Positions 1-12,134 are shown, counted from the stretch's first letter. The stretch is DNA of 64,000 nt from Octopus vulgaris (GCA_951406725.2 OX597829.1:45508001-45572000), one strand, 5' to 3'. Numbers and translations are program-made. Notes: generated by a model not told the origin, from the sequence alone.

Positions 1-41
1 ACACACAAACACAGAAACATATGGGTACATATATATTTGTG

Positions 42-85
<44 letters not shown>

Positions 86-350
86 CATATATGCTTGTGT
101 GTGTGTGCATATGTGTGTGTGTGTGCGTGTATGTGTGTTTATGAGCATTTCTGAAAGAAGAGGTCACTATGGAACGACAAATTGTGGGGGTGGCATTGTA
201 TATGGGTATACAATTGTTTGAATTTAAATATGCTTCCATATTGTAGGGAGACAGACAGACAGACATCTGTGGGAATATGTATACACAGACACACACACAC
301 ATACATACATATATATACAGATATATTTACAGATATCTGTACATGTGTGT

Positions 351-403
<53 letters not shown>

Positions 404-760
404 CATCTACAAAGGAAAAAAAACATTTGTATATACACTCACATAAATATTTACACATACTCAAATGCACACAAACATGTATATCAATGTATGTGCACAT
501 TACTAAGTATATATATGTGGGTATATTTGTACCAACATGCACTGCCATAGAAACCTGTTCATATGCAAATATATATATATGTATGCTTGTAAATTTCTTC
601 ACTGTTAGTCACATAGACACACATGTAACATATACACATGCATATATATACATATCATGTATATACATAGATATATATATATATACACACATACATATTC
701 ATATACTTATACATACGTACATATATATGTGTGTGTGTGTGTGTGTGTGTATGTGTGTAA
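1..760. repeat. Compound (TA)n/(TG)n/(CA)n microsatellite region
   Basis: Dinucleotide runs read directly; they generate the YIYI/CVCV pseudo-ORFs. Confidence 0.95.
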
Positions 761-926
761 TGCTTATATGTGTACTTTCCAGGGAGGTGACATGTTCAAA
801 AGAAGCCATATATGGCCACATGGAATGAAGAGCTCAAAGACAAATCTGAGAGTGAATAAAATTGGGGAAAATGTTTCTCAGGTGATATAGATGAAACACC
901 TCAGCTGCTTTTAAATAAAGTATATA

Positions 927-1218
927 AGCACCATCCATTCGTGGCTGTTGCCAGCCTCGCCTGGCCCCCGTGCTGGTGGCACGTAAAAAGCACCATCCGA
1001 CCGTGGCCGTTTGCCAGCCCCGTCAGGCACCTGTGCCGGTGGCACGTAAAAAGCACCCACTACACTCACGGAGTGGTTGGCGTTAGGAAGAGCATCCAGC
1101 TGTAGAAACACTGCCAGATCAGACTGGAGCCTGGTGCAGCCTTTGGGCTTCCCAGACCCCTGTTGAACCATCCAACCCATGCTAGCATGGAAAGCGGACG
1201 CTAAACGATGATGATGAT
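927..1218 (+). mobile_element. RTE LINE 3' UTR/tail copy (5'-truncated)
   Basis: Matches the end of the RTE at ~19310-19563 (aaaagcacccactacactc...gcatggaaagcggacgctaaac) and ends in (GAT)n. Confidence 0.85.
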
Positions 1219-1255
1219 ACATATACACATATATGTATGTACATGTATATTTATA

Positions 1256-2538
1256 TCAGGTCATCCCATAAGTTCCGTCTGAATTTTGAATAAAGAAAAC
1301 AAGTGATCAAATGTTATATTTAATTGAAATTTAAACATCAGTGTACTTTCCCTGATTATCTATGACTTCCTTCCATCTATTTACAAGCTTTTTAATCCAA
1401 TCAATGTAAATCTCTTTTGGTTTCAAAGCAAAGAACTCTGAAATGTCAGTTTCGACCTCCTCCTGGCTTGCGAAAGTTATGTCCCCCAAATGATTCTGTA
1501 AACTACGAAACAAATGGTAGTCTGAAGGAGCACGGTCGGGAGAATAAGGTGAATGGGGAATTTTTTCCCAACCAAGCTCTTCGATCTTCTGTGATGTGAT
1601 CTTTGCAGTGTGAGGTCGCACATTGTCCTGATGAAACATCACTCCTTTTCGATTCACTAAAGCGGGTCCTTTTTTCTTCAAAGGTCGGTTCAAATGCTCT
1701 AATTGCTGACAGTAGACTTGAGCATTGATTGTTGCATTAGGTGGTAACAATTCAAAAGGAATTACTCCTTTGCAATGCCACCAGATAGAGAGAAGAACCT
1801 TTTTTCCATGAAGTTCCCTTCTCAGTTGTGGTTGAGCTTTTTCCCTTTTACCAAGCCAGTTTATGACGTGTAACATTTCGATAAAAGATCCAATTTTCAT
1901 CATCAGTCCCAAGTGTATCCAAAAAGGGTAAAATGAGTTCACAAGAATGGAGAGAAGAGCAGATGTCAACTTGGGACTTGCGGTTGCTTTCTGACAATTC
2001 ATGAGGCACCCACTTCCCAAGTTTAGGAACCTTTCCAAGTTGTTGAAGATGACAATGAACAGTTGTAAGGTTTGAACTAAGCTTTATTACCAATTCTTCA
2101 ACTGATAATGCAGGATTTTCTTCAAGTAATGCCTCAAGGAACTTATCAAAACTCAACTGGACATCCTGTTCAATCTTCATCTTCAAGGCTGAAATTTCCA
2201 CTTCTGAATTTTGCAAACCATCTTCTGCAAGTTCTTTCATTCAAGTATTCTTTCCCATAAACTGAGTGTATGTTTCAAGTCACTTCGGCTGCAGAGTTTC
2301 CTTTTTTGTACTCATAAAGCATTATATGCTTCAAATACTCTTTGGATACTTCTATGTTAGAAAGGGTTTTAATTGAAGAAATTTTAATTCTATTATTCTG
2401 TAAAATAATATTTAATTAGTTTAAATGTACACAAATACATAAAAATGATTTTTAATTCCATTAGACATTCTAAAATACTATTAAATTTCATTGTTTTAAT
2501 AAAAGGTAAAATCGGACAGAACTTATGGGATGACCTAA
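1256..2538 (-). mobile_element. Full-length degenerate mariner DNA transposon (D,D34D)
   Basis: TIRs tcaggtcatcccataagttc / gaacttatgggatgacctaa; TA on both sides; ~1.28 kb; WVPHEL, QDN-34-SDYHLF and YSPD motifs. Confidence 0.95.
1331..2355 (-). pseudogene. Mariner transposase pseudogene
   Basis: Protein split over several frames (ORFs 1848-2240 and 1331-2038); N-terminal EVSKEYLKHIMLYEYKKG has in-frame TGA stops. Confidence 0.9.
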
Positions 2539-3042
2539 TACATATACAGACACATATGTATAACCACACACACACACACGCACACAGGTGTGTGCATGCA
2601 GTCAGACTGTGTAAGTGTGAAAAGTGTGTAAGTATGACACCTATGTAAGTGTGACACCTATGAAACTATATCATGGGAAACAGACTCCTTGTATTTGAGT
2701 TATATTTGGGTTGATATTCTCAAACGGTGAGAAAATCGAGTGAAAGGCATTAATATTTCATTTTACACAAGAATAGAAGTGATTAATTGCAGTCTGTAAC
2801 GGATTGTGAAATTCATTACAATGAAGTCACTATTAGTCTATTAAGAACCGATTGTTAATATTTTGAAGGCACAAGCTTAAAATTATGCTAATTTACTGTA
2901 ATGGTGATTTTTGCCCATAAGTTAGCACATAGTTATAAAGTCAACAAGCCAATGAAGGATAATTTTATATTTTAACATGATTGCTTGAGTTGCTAGAAAT
3001 AGCAGCCAAAATCTCTTTCAAGGCAAGCTCTGTCTTAACCCT

Positions 3043-3627
3043 ATTCTTTTCTACTCTTATCACAAGGCCCGAAATTTTGGGGGAGGGGGCCAGTCAATTA
3101 AATTGACTCCAGTAAGCAATTGGTACTTAATTTATTGATGCTGAAAGGATGAAAGGCAAAGTCGACCTCGGTGGAATTTGAACTCAGAACTTAAAGACAG
3201 ACGAACTACCTATTTCTTTACTACCCACAAGGGGCTAAACATAGAGGAGACAAACAAGGACAGACAGACGGATTAAGTCGATTATATCGACCCCAGTGCG
3301 TAACTGGCACTTATTTAATCGACCTCGAAAGGATGATAAGCAAAGTCGACCTAGGCGGAATTTGAACTCAGAACGTAACGGCAGACGAAATACCCATTTC
3401 TTTACTGCCCACAAGGGGCTAAACAGAGAGGAGACAAACAAGGACAGACAAACAGATTAAGTCGATTATATTGACCCCAGTGTGTAACTGGTACTTAATT
3501 TATCAACCCGGAAAGGATGAAAGGCAAAGTCGACCTCGGCGGAATTTGAACTCAGAACGTAACGGCAGACGGAATACCGGTAAGCATTTCGCCTGGCTTG
3601 CTAACGTTTCTGCCTGCTCGCCGCCTT
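3043..3627 (-). mobile_element. tRNA-derived SINE family B, tandem trimer
   Basis: Three repeats of the core cgaaaggatgaaaggcaaagtcgacctcggcggaatttgaactcagaac; full head only at the right end. Confidence 0.85.
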
Positions 3628-3794
3628 CTGTCTTAACCCTATTGAGATACACAGTGTTTTGGTATGTATAGCCAAAAAGACCAAAATCTTTTTTCTGTTT
3701 AGATTGAAATTGATGGGTGCAATCGAAAATAAAGGATTAAGTGCCTAAAACTCTTTTATCAGTATGTAAAACTATATATATATATATATATATG

Positions 3795-4005
3795 TATTAC
3801 TCTTTTACTTGTTTCAGTCATTTGACTGAGACCATGCTGGTGCACCGCCTTTAGTTGAACAAATTTACCCCAGCACTTATTTTTTGTAAGCCTAGTACTT
3901 ATTCTATTGGGATCTTTTGCTGAACTGCTAAGTTACAGGGGACTTAAACACAACATCGGTTGTCAAGCAATAGTGGGGGTATAAACACAGACACACAAAC
4001 ATATA
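3795..4005 (-). mobile_element. SINE family A, 3' half
   Basis: tactcttttacttgtttcagtcatttgactg tail shared with the other family A copies. Confidence 0.8.
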
Positions 4006-4094
4006 AATCATCATCATCATCATTTAGCGTCCGCTTTCCATGTTAGCATGGGTTGGATGGTTCAACTGGGGTCTGGGAAGCCAGAAGGCTGCAC

Positions 4095-4545
4095 CAGCCT
4101 CAAGATGGTTCTGGAACCTGGTGCATGCATTCCTCAATGTTTCCATGGAAAGAATTTCAAATTTCAAACACTTCTTTGTTCTTGGCCATCAACCTTGATC
4201 TTGGTGTTTGCAGGCAAAGCATTTGGTGTCTTCCTCAACTGTAGCATGACATAGTAATCCATGTGTCTCAAACAATTCATTTTGTAAGTTTCCAAATGAA
4301 TTGCACTTCATGTCTGAGGTTCTGATGTAGCTGTAAGGTGTTGCTCAGGAACTCAACAATGAGTCTACTGCATCGTATAGTGAAACAGCTGTAAGCTATT
4401 GAAGCTCACTGTTTATTCCTTTGTCATCTCCTTTTTCTTACTACTGCTCTGTACTCAACAAATGCTTCATTCTGAAATATACATGTAATGAGTTCTACAC
4501 CAGGTTATTAGCGTCACAATGCACTAGTGAAATACATATGTTTTT
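4095..4545 (-). mobile_element. Degenerate Tc1/mariner (maT-like) fragment
   Basis: Minus strand gives RNACTRFQNHLEA, similar to the C-terminus of the element at 10152-10620. Confidence 0.4.
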
Positions 4546-4652
4546 TTATCTTTTATACTTTTACTAGTTTCAGTCATTGAACTGTCGTCATACTGGAGCA
4601 CTTAAACACACATACACACAATATAATATCTCTCTCTCTCTCTATATATATA

Positions 4653-4685
<33 letters not shown>

Positions 4686-5639
4686 GTTGGATCTTGCATG
4701 CATGAAGTGGATTCGATCCACCATAACCAAATTTAAATTAACATTTCTCACAGTAAACAATAGTTTTTCTGTGAGAGTAGTTTTGCATTTGCCAGATTGC
4801 CTTAGCTAGGCTGAAATAATGTCTTCACCACTTGACCCTTTCTAGCCTTTTCTATTTCACCAAAAGCTAGAATTAAGATAACAAGACCACCAACTAAATC
4901 CATTGTTCTCAATGATATGTCTATCCTTCTGGATAGTTATAAAAACAAGAACCTGCTAGTAAAAGAGTTAGTCACTTCGTGACGACTTAACAGTTTGTCA
5001 CTTTGGTGACAACACAACCAGTTAGTGACTTGGTGACAATTGAGTTAGTTGGCTCATGACAACTCAATCGGTTAATGAATGACAAACTCAAGTCAAAGAC
5101 AGCTACCATATGTTAGGGGGCAGAACGCTAGAACCATGATCCAAAGCAAGGCTGCTGCTAAAGACAATGGTCAAATGGAGAAAGGAAATTTACTGTCAGC
5201 AGCTATGAGACCCAACTTCCCATGCTCTCTCACTCTCACTAGCTCTAATTCTGTTCTCTTACAACATCATTCTATCTCTCTCTGTATTTACTACTAAACA
5301 ATGAAGAGGACACAAACACAAACTATGCAAGGAAAATCTACATCTATCTTTACTTTGCATTCTTTATGATTTTCATCACCTGCCCATTGAGGCAAGGTAT
5401 TATATAATGTAACAGTAGAATATATATTTCCTTAAAACTTCATGCATTGTTCATCTTTCACATCTTACAACATGCCATCACAATTAAATTTCATCCGTTA
5501 CATATACATATACATTTGCCTGCTTCCTACAGCATTAAGAGTATTTTAACTCTTATTTCTAGCAATGCAGGTGTCTTGGCACCCTTAGTCACATTTAATG
5601 ATGGTTGAATTTTTTCCTTTATGGTATCACATTGTGCTC

Positions 5640-5942
5640 TATGTAAAAAGCACCATCCGAACGTGGTTGAAGCTAGTGTCCCCCTCACTGGCTCCCATGC
5701 TGGTGGCATGTAAAAAGCTCCTTTTGAACATGGTCGATGCCAGTAACCCCTGACTGGCTCTCATGTTGGTGGCACATAAAAAGCATCCACTGCACTGTTG
5801 GAGTGGTTGGCGTTAGAAAGGGTATCCAGCTGTAGAAACCTTGCCAGATCAGATAGGAGCTTAGTGCAACCTCCTAGCTTGCCAGTCCTCAGTCAAACTG
5901 TCCAACCCATGCCAGCATGGAAAGCAGACGTTAAACGATGAT
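5640..5942 (+). mobile_element. RTE 3' tail copy (older subfamily)
   Basis: Same tail motifs, ends aaagcagacgttaaacgatgat. Confidence 0.8.
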
Positions 5943-6087
5943 ATATGTATGTATGTCCATAGAAGTGACAAGAAACGATCGTAGTGGATATCTTAATTAT
6001 ATTTAATTTATATAAAATTTTTTATGTATTGGATTAAGTCTTTCTTTGTTTGATTTGCATAATAGTGGTTCTGTCTCTAATTAATAT

Positions 6088-6129
<42 letters not shown>

Positions 6130-6365
6130 CAGAGATGTATTGCATAGCGAGTGACCTGATCTGAGATTGTGTGCTGGAATGAAAACAGTTGCAGCGTGGA
6201 AGGTGTTTATAAGCCATTTAAGAAATACACAAAAGCCATTAGATTTACTTCAACATTCAAATTTAATTTGCCAAAATATTTTCGTTGCTTTGAGACCGCG
6301 ACCTGTTCACTGACAAAATTCTGAGATGCAGTTTAAATGGCTTATAAACACCTTCCATGCTGCAA
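6130..6365 (-). mobile_element. Penelope-like repeat carrying a variant hammerhead, with local inversions
   Basis: Homologous to 35130-35330; 6333-6365 is an inverted copy of 6189-6221. Confidence 0.6.
6267..6317 (-). ncRNA. Type I minimal hammerhead ribozyme, G3:C8 variant (slightly decayed)
   Basis: tttgtca-GUGAACA-g-gtcgc..gcaac-GAA-aatatt-U-tggcaaa. Confidence 0.6.
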
Positions 6366-7315
6366 TATGTATATGTATGTATGAATGTAATGTATGTATG
6401 TATATAAATGTCTGTGTCTGCTGTCTTTTTATTTTATTTGTCTCCAGAGTAAGTATATCTAGTGCTACATTACAGAGAAATGGTTTAGATAGTCTTGAGA
6501 GATATTTGGCAGTTGTTATGTATAGCAGGCTCTTCAATGCCATGTAGTATCTCTCATTGCATTAGTTGTCATGGTTATGGTTGTTTAAATCCAAGTCAAC
6601 CCTGATTAAGCAAACCTAATCTTTTTTCCCTTCAAGAAAAGCATACACAGGGATTATATGACCTAATGTCCTTTTTTTTCTATTTTGTTTTTGTTTTTGT
6701 TTAATTGGTGCCGTACGCTTTGAGTGAGATTTAGCTGCTATTACTTGCTGATAAAAGGTGTTGTGAGTAGCACTGTACAGAATGCTGTCTGGAAAGCTAC
6801 TACTGACGTTTTTATGGGAATATATTTTGTGCACAGGTGGTGTTGTTCACTTGATCAGATATTTAGTGTGTCTATATGTGTGTGCATTTGTGTGTGTATA
6901 TTTGTGTGTGTGTATATATGTGTGTGTGTATATATGTGTGTGTGTATATATGTGTGTGTGTATATATGTGTGTGTGCATGTGCTTATAGATCCAGTGTCA
7001 GCCAGGTACATTCTAAACTTCCTGCTTGACGCCCATAGCATGGGCTTGCCCTTGTGTCTCTATATTTTCAATGACAGAGCGTGGAAGTCACTGCCCAAGC
7101 GTTCATGCTATCAAGGCAATCTTTATCAGAAGTATCCTACAAATTGTACTGAAGCCGTTTTCAAGCTTTGTGTCTTATCTTTCAGTTGTGCCAGTCTTTG
7201 GGTTACGACCATCCCTGGGGGATACCATCTTGAAACGAATTGGCTCCTGTACTTATTTTAAAAATAAAACCTGATATCTATTCTATCCTTCTCTCCCCCC
7301 TCTCTTTCTCTCTTA

Positions 7316-7720
7316 TTTTTTTTTTGCCCACAAGGGGCTAAACATAGAGGGGAAAAAAATAGAACCGACAAAGGGATTGAGTCGATTACATCGACCCCAG
7401 TGCATAACCGGTACTTAATTTATCAATCCCAATAGGATGAAAGGCAAACTCGACCTCAGCGGAATTTGAATTCAGAATGTAGTGGCAGACGAAATACCTA
7501 TTTCTTTACTACCAACAAGGGGCTAAACACAGAGAGGACAAACAAGGACAAACAAACGGATTAAGTCGATTATATCGACCCCAGTGCGTAACTGGTACTT
7601 ATTTAATCGACCCCGAAAGGATGAAAGGCAAAGTCGACCTCGGCGGAATTTGAACTCAGAATGTAACGGCAGATGAAATACGGCTACACATTTCGCCCGG
7701 CATGCTAACGTTTCTGCCCT
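7316..7720 (-). mobile_element. SINE family B dimer
   Basis: Two core units joined by gaaatac|ctatttcttt. Confidence 0.85.
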
Positions 7721-7829
7721 TCTGCCTGAAGGGTTTGTGTGATATCATTGACTCTAATTGAGTGCTCTGCAAGTCTTGATACTTATGTTTGCCAGATGTG
7801 TGGGGTAGAGCAACATGGAGTAGACTAAA

Positions 7830-8045
7830 GGCAGCAAGCTGGCAGAAATGTTAGCATGCGGGGTGAAATGCTTAGTGGTATTTCGTCTGTCTTTACATTC
7901 TGAGTTCAAATTCTACCAAGGTCAACTTTGCCTTTCATCCTTTTGGGGTTGATAAAATATGCACCAGTTGCATAATGGGTTGATCTAATCGACTGGCCCC
8001 ACTCCCTAAAAATTTCAGGCCTTGTATCTAGAGTAGAAAAGAACA
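7830..8045 (+). mobile_element. SINE family B monomer
   Basis: Head ggcagcaagctggcagaa, B-box-like gagttcaaattc, same core. Confidence 0.8.
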
Positions 8046-8172
8046 TGGAGTAAACTAGCTTCCAAGCCATGAATTGATCCCTCGAGCTTATGATCATGAA
8101 TCCAGTTGACTAAACACTAAGCCACAAGCCTTTTCTAAACTCTGAATTTAGAATTGAATATATATAACTTAG

Positions 8173-8486
8173 GTGAAGGTGCAATGGCCCAGTGGTTAGG
8201 GCAGCGGACTCGCGGTCGGAGGTTCGTGGTTTCGATTCCCAGACCGGGTGTTGTGAATGTTTATTGAGCAAAAACACCTAAAGCTCCACAAGGCTCTGGC
8301 AGTGGGTGGTGGTGACCCCTGTTGTACTCTTTTGCCCCAACTTTCTCTCACTCTCTCTTTGTTTTTTGAGTAACGCTGCAATGGACTGGCGTCCTGTCCA
8401 GCTGGGGGGAACACATACGCCATAGAAACCGGGAAACCGGGCCCATGAGCCTGGCTAGGCTTGAAAAGGGCGCATAATGAAATAAA
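8173..8486 (+). mobile_element. tRNA(Arg)-like SINE family C with 13-bp TSD
   Basis: A box tggcccagtgg, anticodon-like loop with TCG, B box gtttcgattcc; TSD atatataacttag at 8160-8172 and 8487-8499. Confidence 0.9.
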
Positions 8487-8871
8487 ATATATAACTTAGC
8501 AGGATGGACCCCTTTACTCCTAACTATGTCAGAGAAGACATTAACTGCAATTCAATGATACTACGCAAAGAAATATGAAGCGGAAAGGAATTGATCACAA
8601 TAAATGGCAAACTTCAACAGTAAACTGACCAGTATTGAGAAAGCTTATCAAGTCATGCCAAAGCCACGAACAGTCATAGTTGTGATGACCGACTGCAAAA
8701 AAAAATGAAAATAAATAGAAAGAAAAAAACGTGTGTGTGTGTGCGTGTAACTAGTTTATATAATATTCAGAGTGTGGTGAATAAACTGTGGTCTAATTTA
8801 CGCAAAAATGAAAATAACACCAACATCTCATTTTTAACATATATTTACCAAAACTACATAACAAAATTACA

Positions 8872-9035
8872 TAGGCATAGGAGTGGCTGTGTGGTAAGTA
8901 GCTTGCTTACCAACCATATGGTTCCGGGTTCAGTTCTACTGCATGGCACCTTGGCCAAGTGTTTTCTACTATAGCCTTGGGCCGACCAAAGCCTTATGAG
9001 TGGATTTGGTAGACGACGGAAACATTGTATATGTG

Positions 9036-9096
<61 letters not shown>

Positions 9097-9846
9097 TCAT
9101 GTGGTGAGAATGGATGAAGATAGTTGTGTGAAAAAGTGCCACACCCTAGCGGTTGAGGGAACCTGTGGAAGAGGCAGACCCAGGAAAACCTGGGACGAGG
9201 TGGTGAAGCACAACCTTCGAACTTTAGGTCTCACTGAGGAAATGACTAGAGACCGAGACCTCTGGAAGTGTTCTGTGCGCGAGAAGACCCGGCAGGACAA
9301 GTGAGTCCATAACCCGTGGCCTTCTACATGGGATGGAGCCAGCCTACGTATGCATACCTTCCCTTCTTGGGACACAAAACTCTACTTGTGAAGACCTGTT
9401 GAGGCTAGTGAGGATCAGAATCGAAATCGATCAATGGAAATTGCAGATGTGTTACCAGCGCCGGTGGCATGTAAGAGAACCTTCCGTTTCGCGACCGTTG
9501 CCAGCGCCGCCCCGACTGGCCTCGTGCCGGTGGCACGTAAAAAGCACCATCCATTCGTGTCTGTTGCCAGCCTCGCCTGGCCCTCGTGCCGGTGGCACAT
9601 AAAAAGCACCATCCATTCGTGGCCGTTTGCCAGCTCTGTCTGGCAACTGTGTGGGTGGCACGTAAAAAGCACCCACTACACTCACGGAGTGGTTGGCGTT
9701 AGGAAGGGTATCCAGCCATAGAAACACTGCCAGATTTGACTGGGCCTGATGAAGCCTTCTGGCTTCACAGACCCCAGTAGAACCATCCAACCCATGCTAG
9801 CATGGAAAACGGACGCTAAACGATGATGATGATGATGATGATGATG

Positions 9847-9926
<80 letters not shown>

Positions 9927-10125
9927 TTGTATATGTTTCTGTGTCTGTGTTTGTCCCCCCAACATCGCTTGACAACCGATGCTGGTGTGTTTATGTCACC
10001 GATAGAATAAGTACTAGGCTTACAAAGAATAAGTCCTGGGGTCGATTTTCTCGACTAAAGGCAGTGCTCCAGCATGGCCACAGTCAAATGACTGAAACAA
10101 GTAAAACAGTAAAAGAGTAAAGAGT
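8872..10125 (+). mobile_element. SINE family A (tRNA head, CORE-like caccttgggcaagt, internal microsatellite), split by an RTE insertion
   Basis: A box tggctgtgtgg, B box gggttcagtt; 3' half resumes at ~9930 and ends in aaaagagt repeats. Confidence 0.85.
9093..9848 (+). mobile_element. 5'-truncated young RTE copy
   Basis: Near-identical to 18662-19563; YGHVVRMDEDSCVKK...GRGRPRKTW; (GAT)n tail; (TA)n on both sides. Confidence 0.95.
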
Positions 10126-10919
10126 AATGTTTTGAAATACTAAAAGTAAATTTATTCAATAAAATCACTACTGGCTTCAACCACGGTCTCCAGATGACTT
10201 TGGAATCTTCTGTAACTCTTCTGGATGGTTTCTTTGCTTAAGTTGGTGAATACTGCCATAATCCTTACCTTCAATTCATCTTTGTTGTTACAAAGATTTC
10301 TGTTGGTCTCTCTCTCTCTTTGAACTGTGCTCCACACAATAATCAAGAGGGTTGCAGCCTGGGAATTTAGGTGGCCAAATGTTAGGGGTAATGTGGTCAT
10401 AGAAATTGCCTGACAGCCATGATGGGGTTCTCCTGCTTGTGTGGCATGGTGCACAGTCCTGTTGCCAGACATAGGGTCTTCCAGTATCCATCCTCTCGAC
10501 CCAATGCAGCACTACCTCCTCCAGACACTTGATGTAGGCCCCCACGTTGAGTCTGATTCCATGTGGGAAGATGAATGGAGGCATAATGTTGTCATCACTA
10601 GTGATCACTCCAAACACCATGATGTTTTATCACTCTCAGTACATGTCCTCAGATTGCATTGTTCTCACATTGACACTCAAACACCCTGAAATGTTCGTAT
10701 TGGAGTTTTCAGTACAAATGCTAAGAAGTACAGCCTGTCGTTTCCAAATTTCTGGCAGAGTGAATTGTGTCATGGTGCTATTTTTCTCACAGATGGTGCC
10801 CAACTGACCCTACTATACTGTGTAGTCGACAAAATCAAAAACAAATGATGAGCAAGTGTGAAATTAAAAGCATAAAATGGTGACAATTTACCCATCACAT
10901 CTTGTATATTATATATGGG

Positions 10920-10960
<41 letters not shown>

Positions 10961-10963
<3 letters not shown>

Positions 10964-11447
10964 ACTTATAAGCAAGGGCTAAAGAAGAATATTCCAAAGC
11001 CAATATACTGATTTTCCACATATAATCCACCTGCTACAGAAAAATTGAACTGAAGTCGGGCAAGCTAACCGTTAGAATACTTAAATTTCGTTATCTCTAT
11101 ATTGAATCAATTTCGGAATTAATCTCATAAAGGATTTATTCTTCATCGGTAGAGCTTACAAGAGAATATAAGTAAGATACTTACATATGCCTATGGAAAA
11201 AGCCGAAGCAAAGAACATAAGTACATTTAAGTACCTCAGTTATATCTAAAAATAAATATTTTTAGATGTATCTAAATATTTTTAGCTATAACTGAGGTAC
11301 TTAAATGTACTTATGTTCTTTGCTTCGGCTTTTTCCATAGGCATATGTAAGTATCTTACTTATATTCTCTGTAGCAGGTGGATTATATGAGGAAAATCAG
11401 TATATTGGCTTTGGAATATTCTTCTTTAGCCCTTGCTTATAAGTTGT
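10961..11447. repeat. Large imperfect palindrome (Penelope-like fold-back)
   Basis: 10961-11040 pairs with 11368-11447; 11161-11250 pairs with ~11280-11370. Confidence 0.9.
11095..11154 (-). ncRNA. Type I hammerhead-like motif (U4C, weak stem II base)
   Basis: ctcta-CCGAUGA-(stem II)-GAA-attg att caat-A-tagag. Confidence 0.55.
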
Positions 11448-11547
11448 TTATAATTTTAACCGTAAAGGTATTTTTTAATATGCTGCCACATTTCTTGATG
11501 GAATTCTTTTCTGTAGAGAAAAAAACTTCATCCTATATTAGTAGTAG

Positions 11548-11586
<39 letters not shown>

Positions 11587-11614
11587 CATAAATATATGTG
11601 TATATATATATATA

Positions 11615-11659
<45 letters not shown>

Positions 11660-11750
11660 CTATACATATATGTATGTATCATTTGTAAAAAGCATAAATC
11701 CGAAAAAAAGAAGCACACTCTAAGATGTAGAGCAGTATATATTAAAAACA

Positions 11751-11878
11751 GGGAAGGCTGGTTTATGGATTCCCTTAGGTTTCCAGTCCATAAAGGGTTT
11801 ATCTTTATGGTGTATTGTCATATCCCCAAACCCTTTATGGGTGGGAAACCTAAGGTAATCCCATAAACTGGCCTTCCC
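11751..11878. repeat. Inverted repeat, ~50-bp arms and 27-nt loop
   Basis: gggaaggctggtttatgg...cataaagggttt versus aaaccctttatg...ccataaactggccttccc. Confidence 0.85.
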
Positions 11879-12099
11879 CATCTATATCTCTATATATGTA
11901 AAAAAATGCACCATTTGAGTATGGCCAATGCCAGTGCCACCTCCTGTGCTGGTGGTACATAAAAGCGCCCACCACACTCTCAGAGTGGTTGGTGTTAGGA
12001 AGGGCATCCAGCTGTAGAAACCTTGCCAAGTCAGATTGGAGTCTGGAGTAGCCTTCCGGCTTGCCGACTACAATGCTGGTGCTGCTGCTGCTGATGATG

Positions 12100-12134
<35 letters not shown>

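Larger units (their letters stand above)
8765..10905 (-). mobile_element. maT-family (DD37D) Tc1/mariner relic, interrupted by a SINE and an RTE
   Basis: QQD-37aa-NPLDY in ORF 10288-10620; degenerate TIRs cagagtgtggtgaataaactgt / acaatttacccatcacatcttg. Confidence 0.75.

Noticed and set aside
6990-7260. Unique-looking, higher-complexity segment with open frames
   Set aside because: No motif recognised in the frames examined; may be an old repeat fragment
8178-8250. tRNA-Arg gene (also 14745, 25900) and tRNA-Ser-like sequence at 58598
   Set aside because: Acceptor stems do not pair; these are SINE heads continuing into repeat bodies, two with TSDs
9742-9775. CTGATGA in the RTE 3' UTR (also at ~19467) as a hammerhead
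   Set aside because: Followed by the hairpin tgaagcc/ggcttca with no GAAA; other copies read ctggtgca or ctgacga
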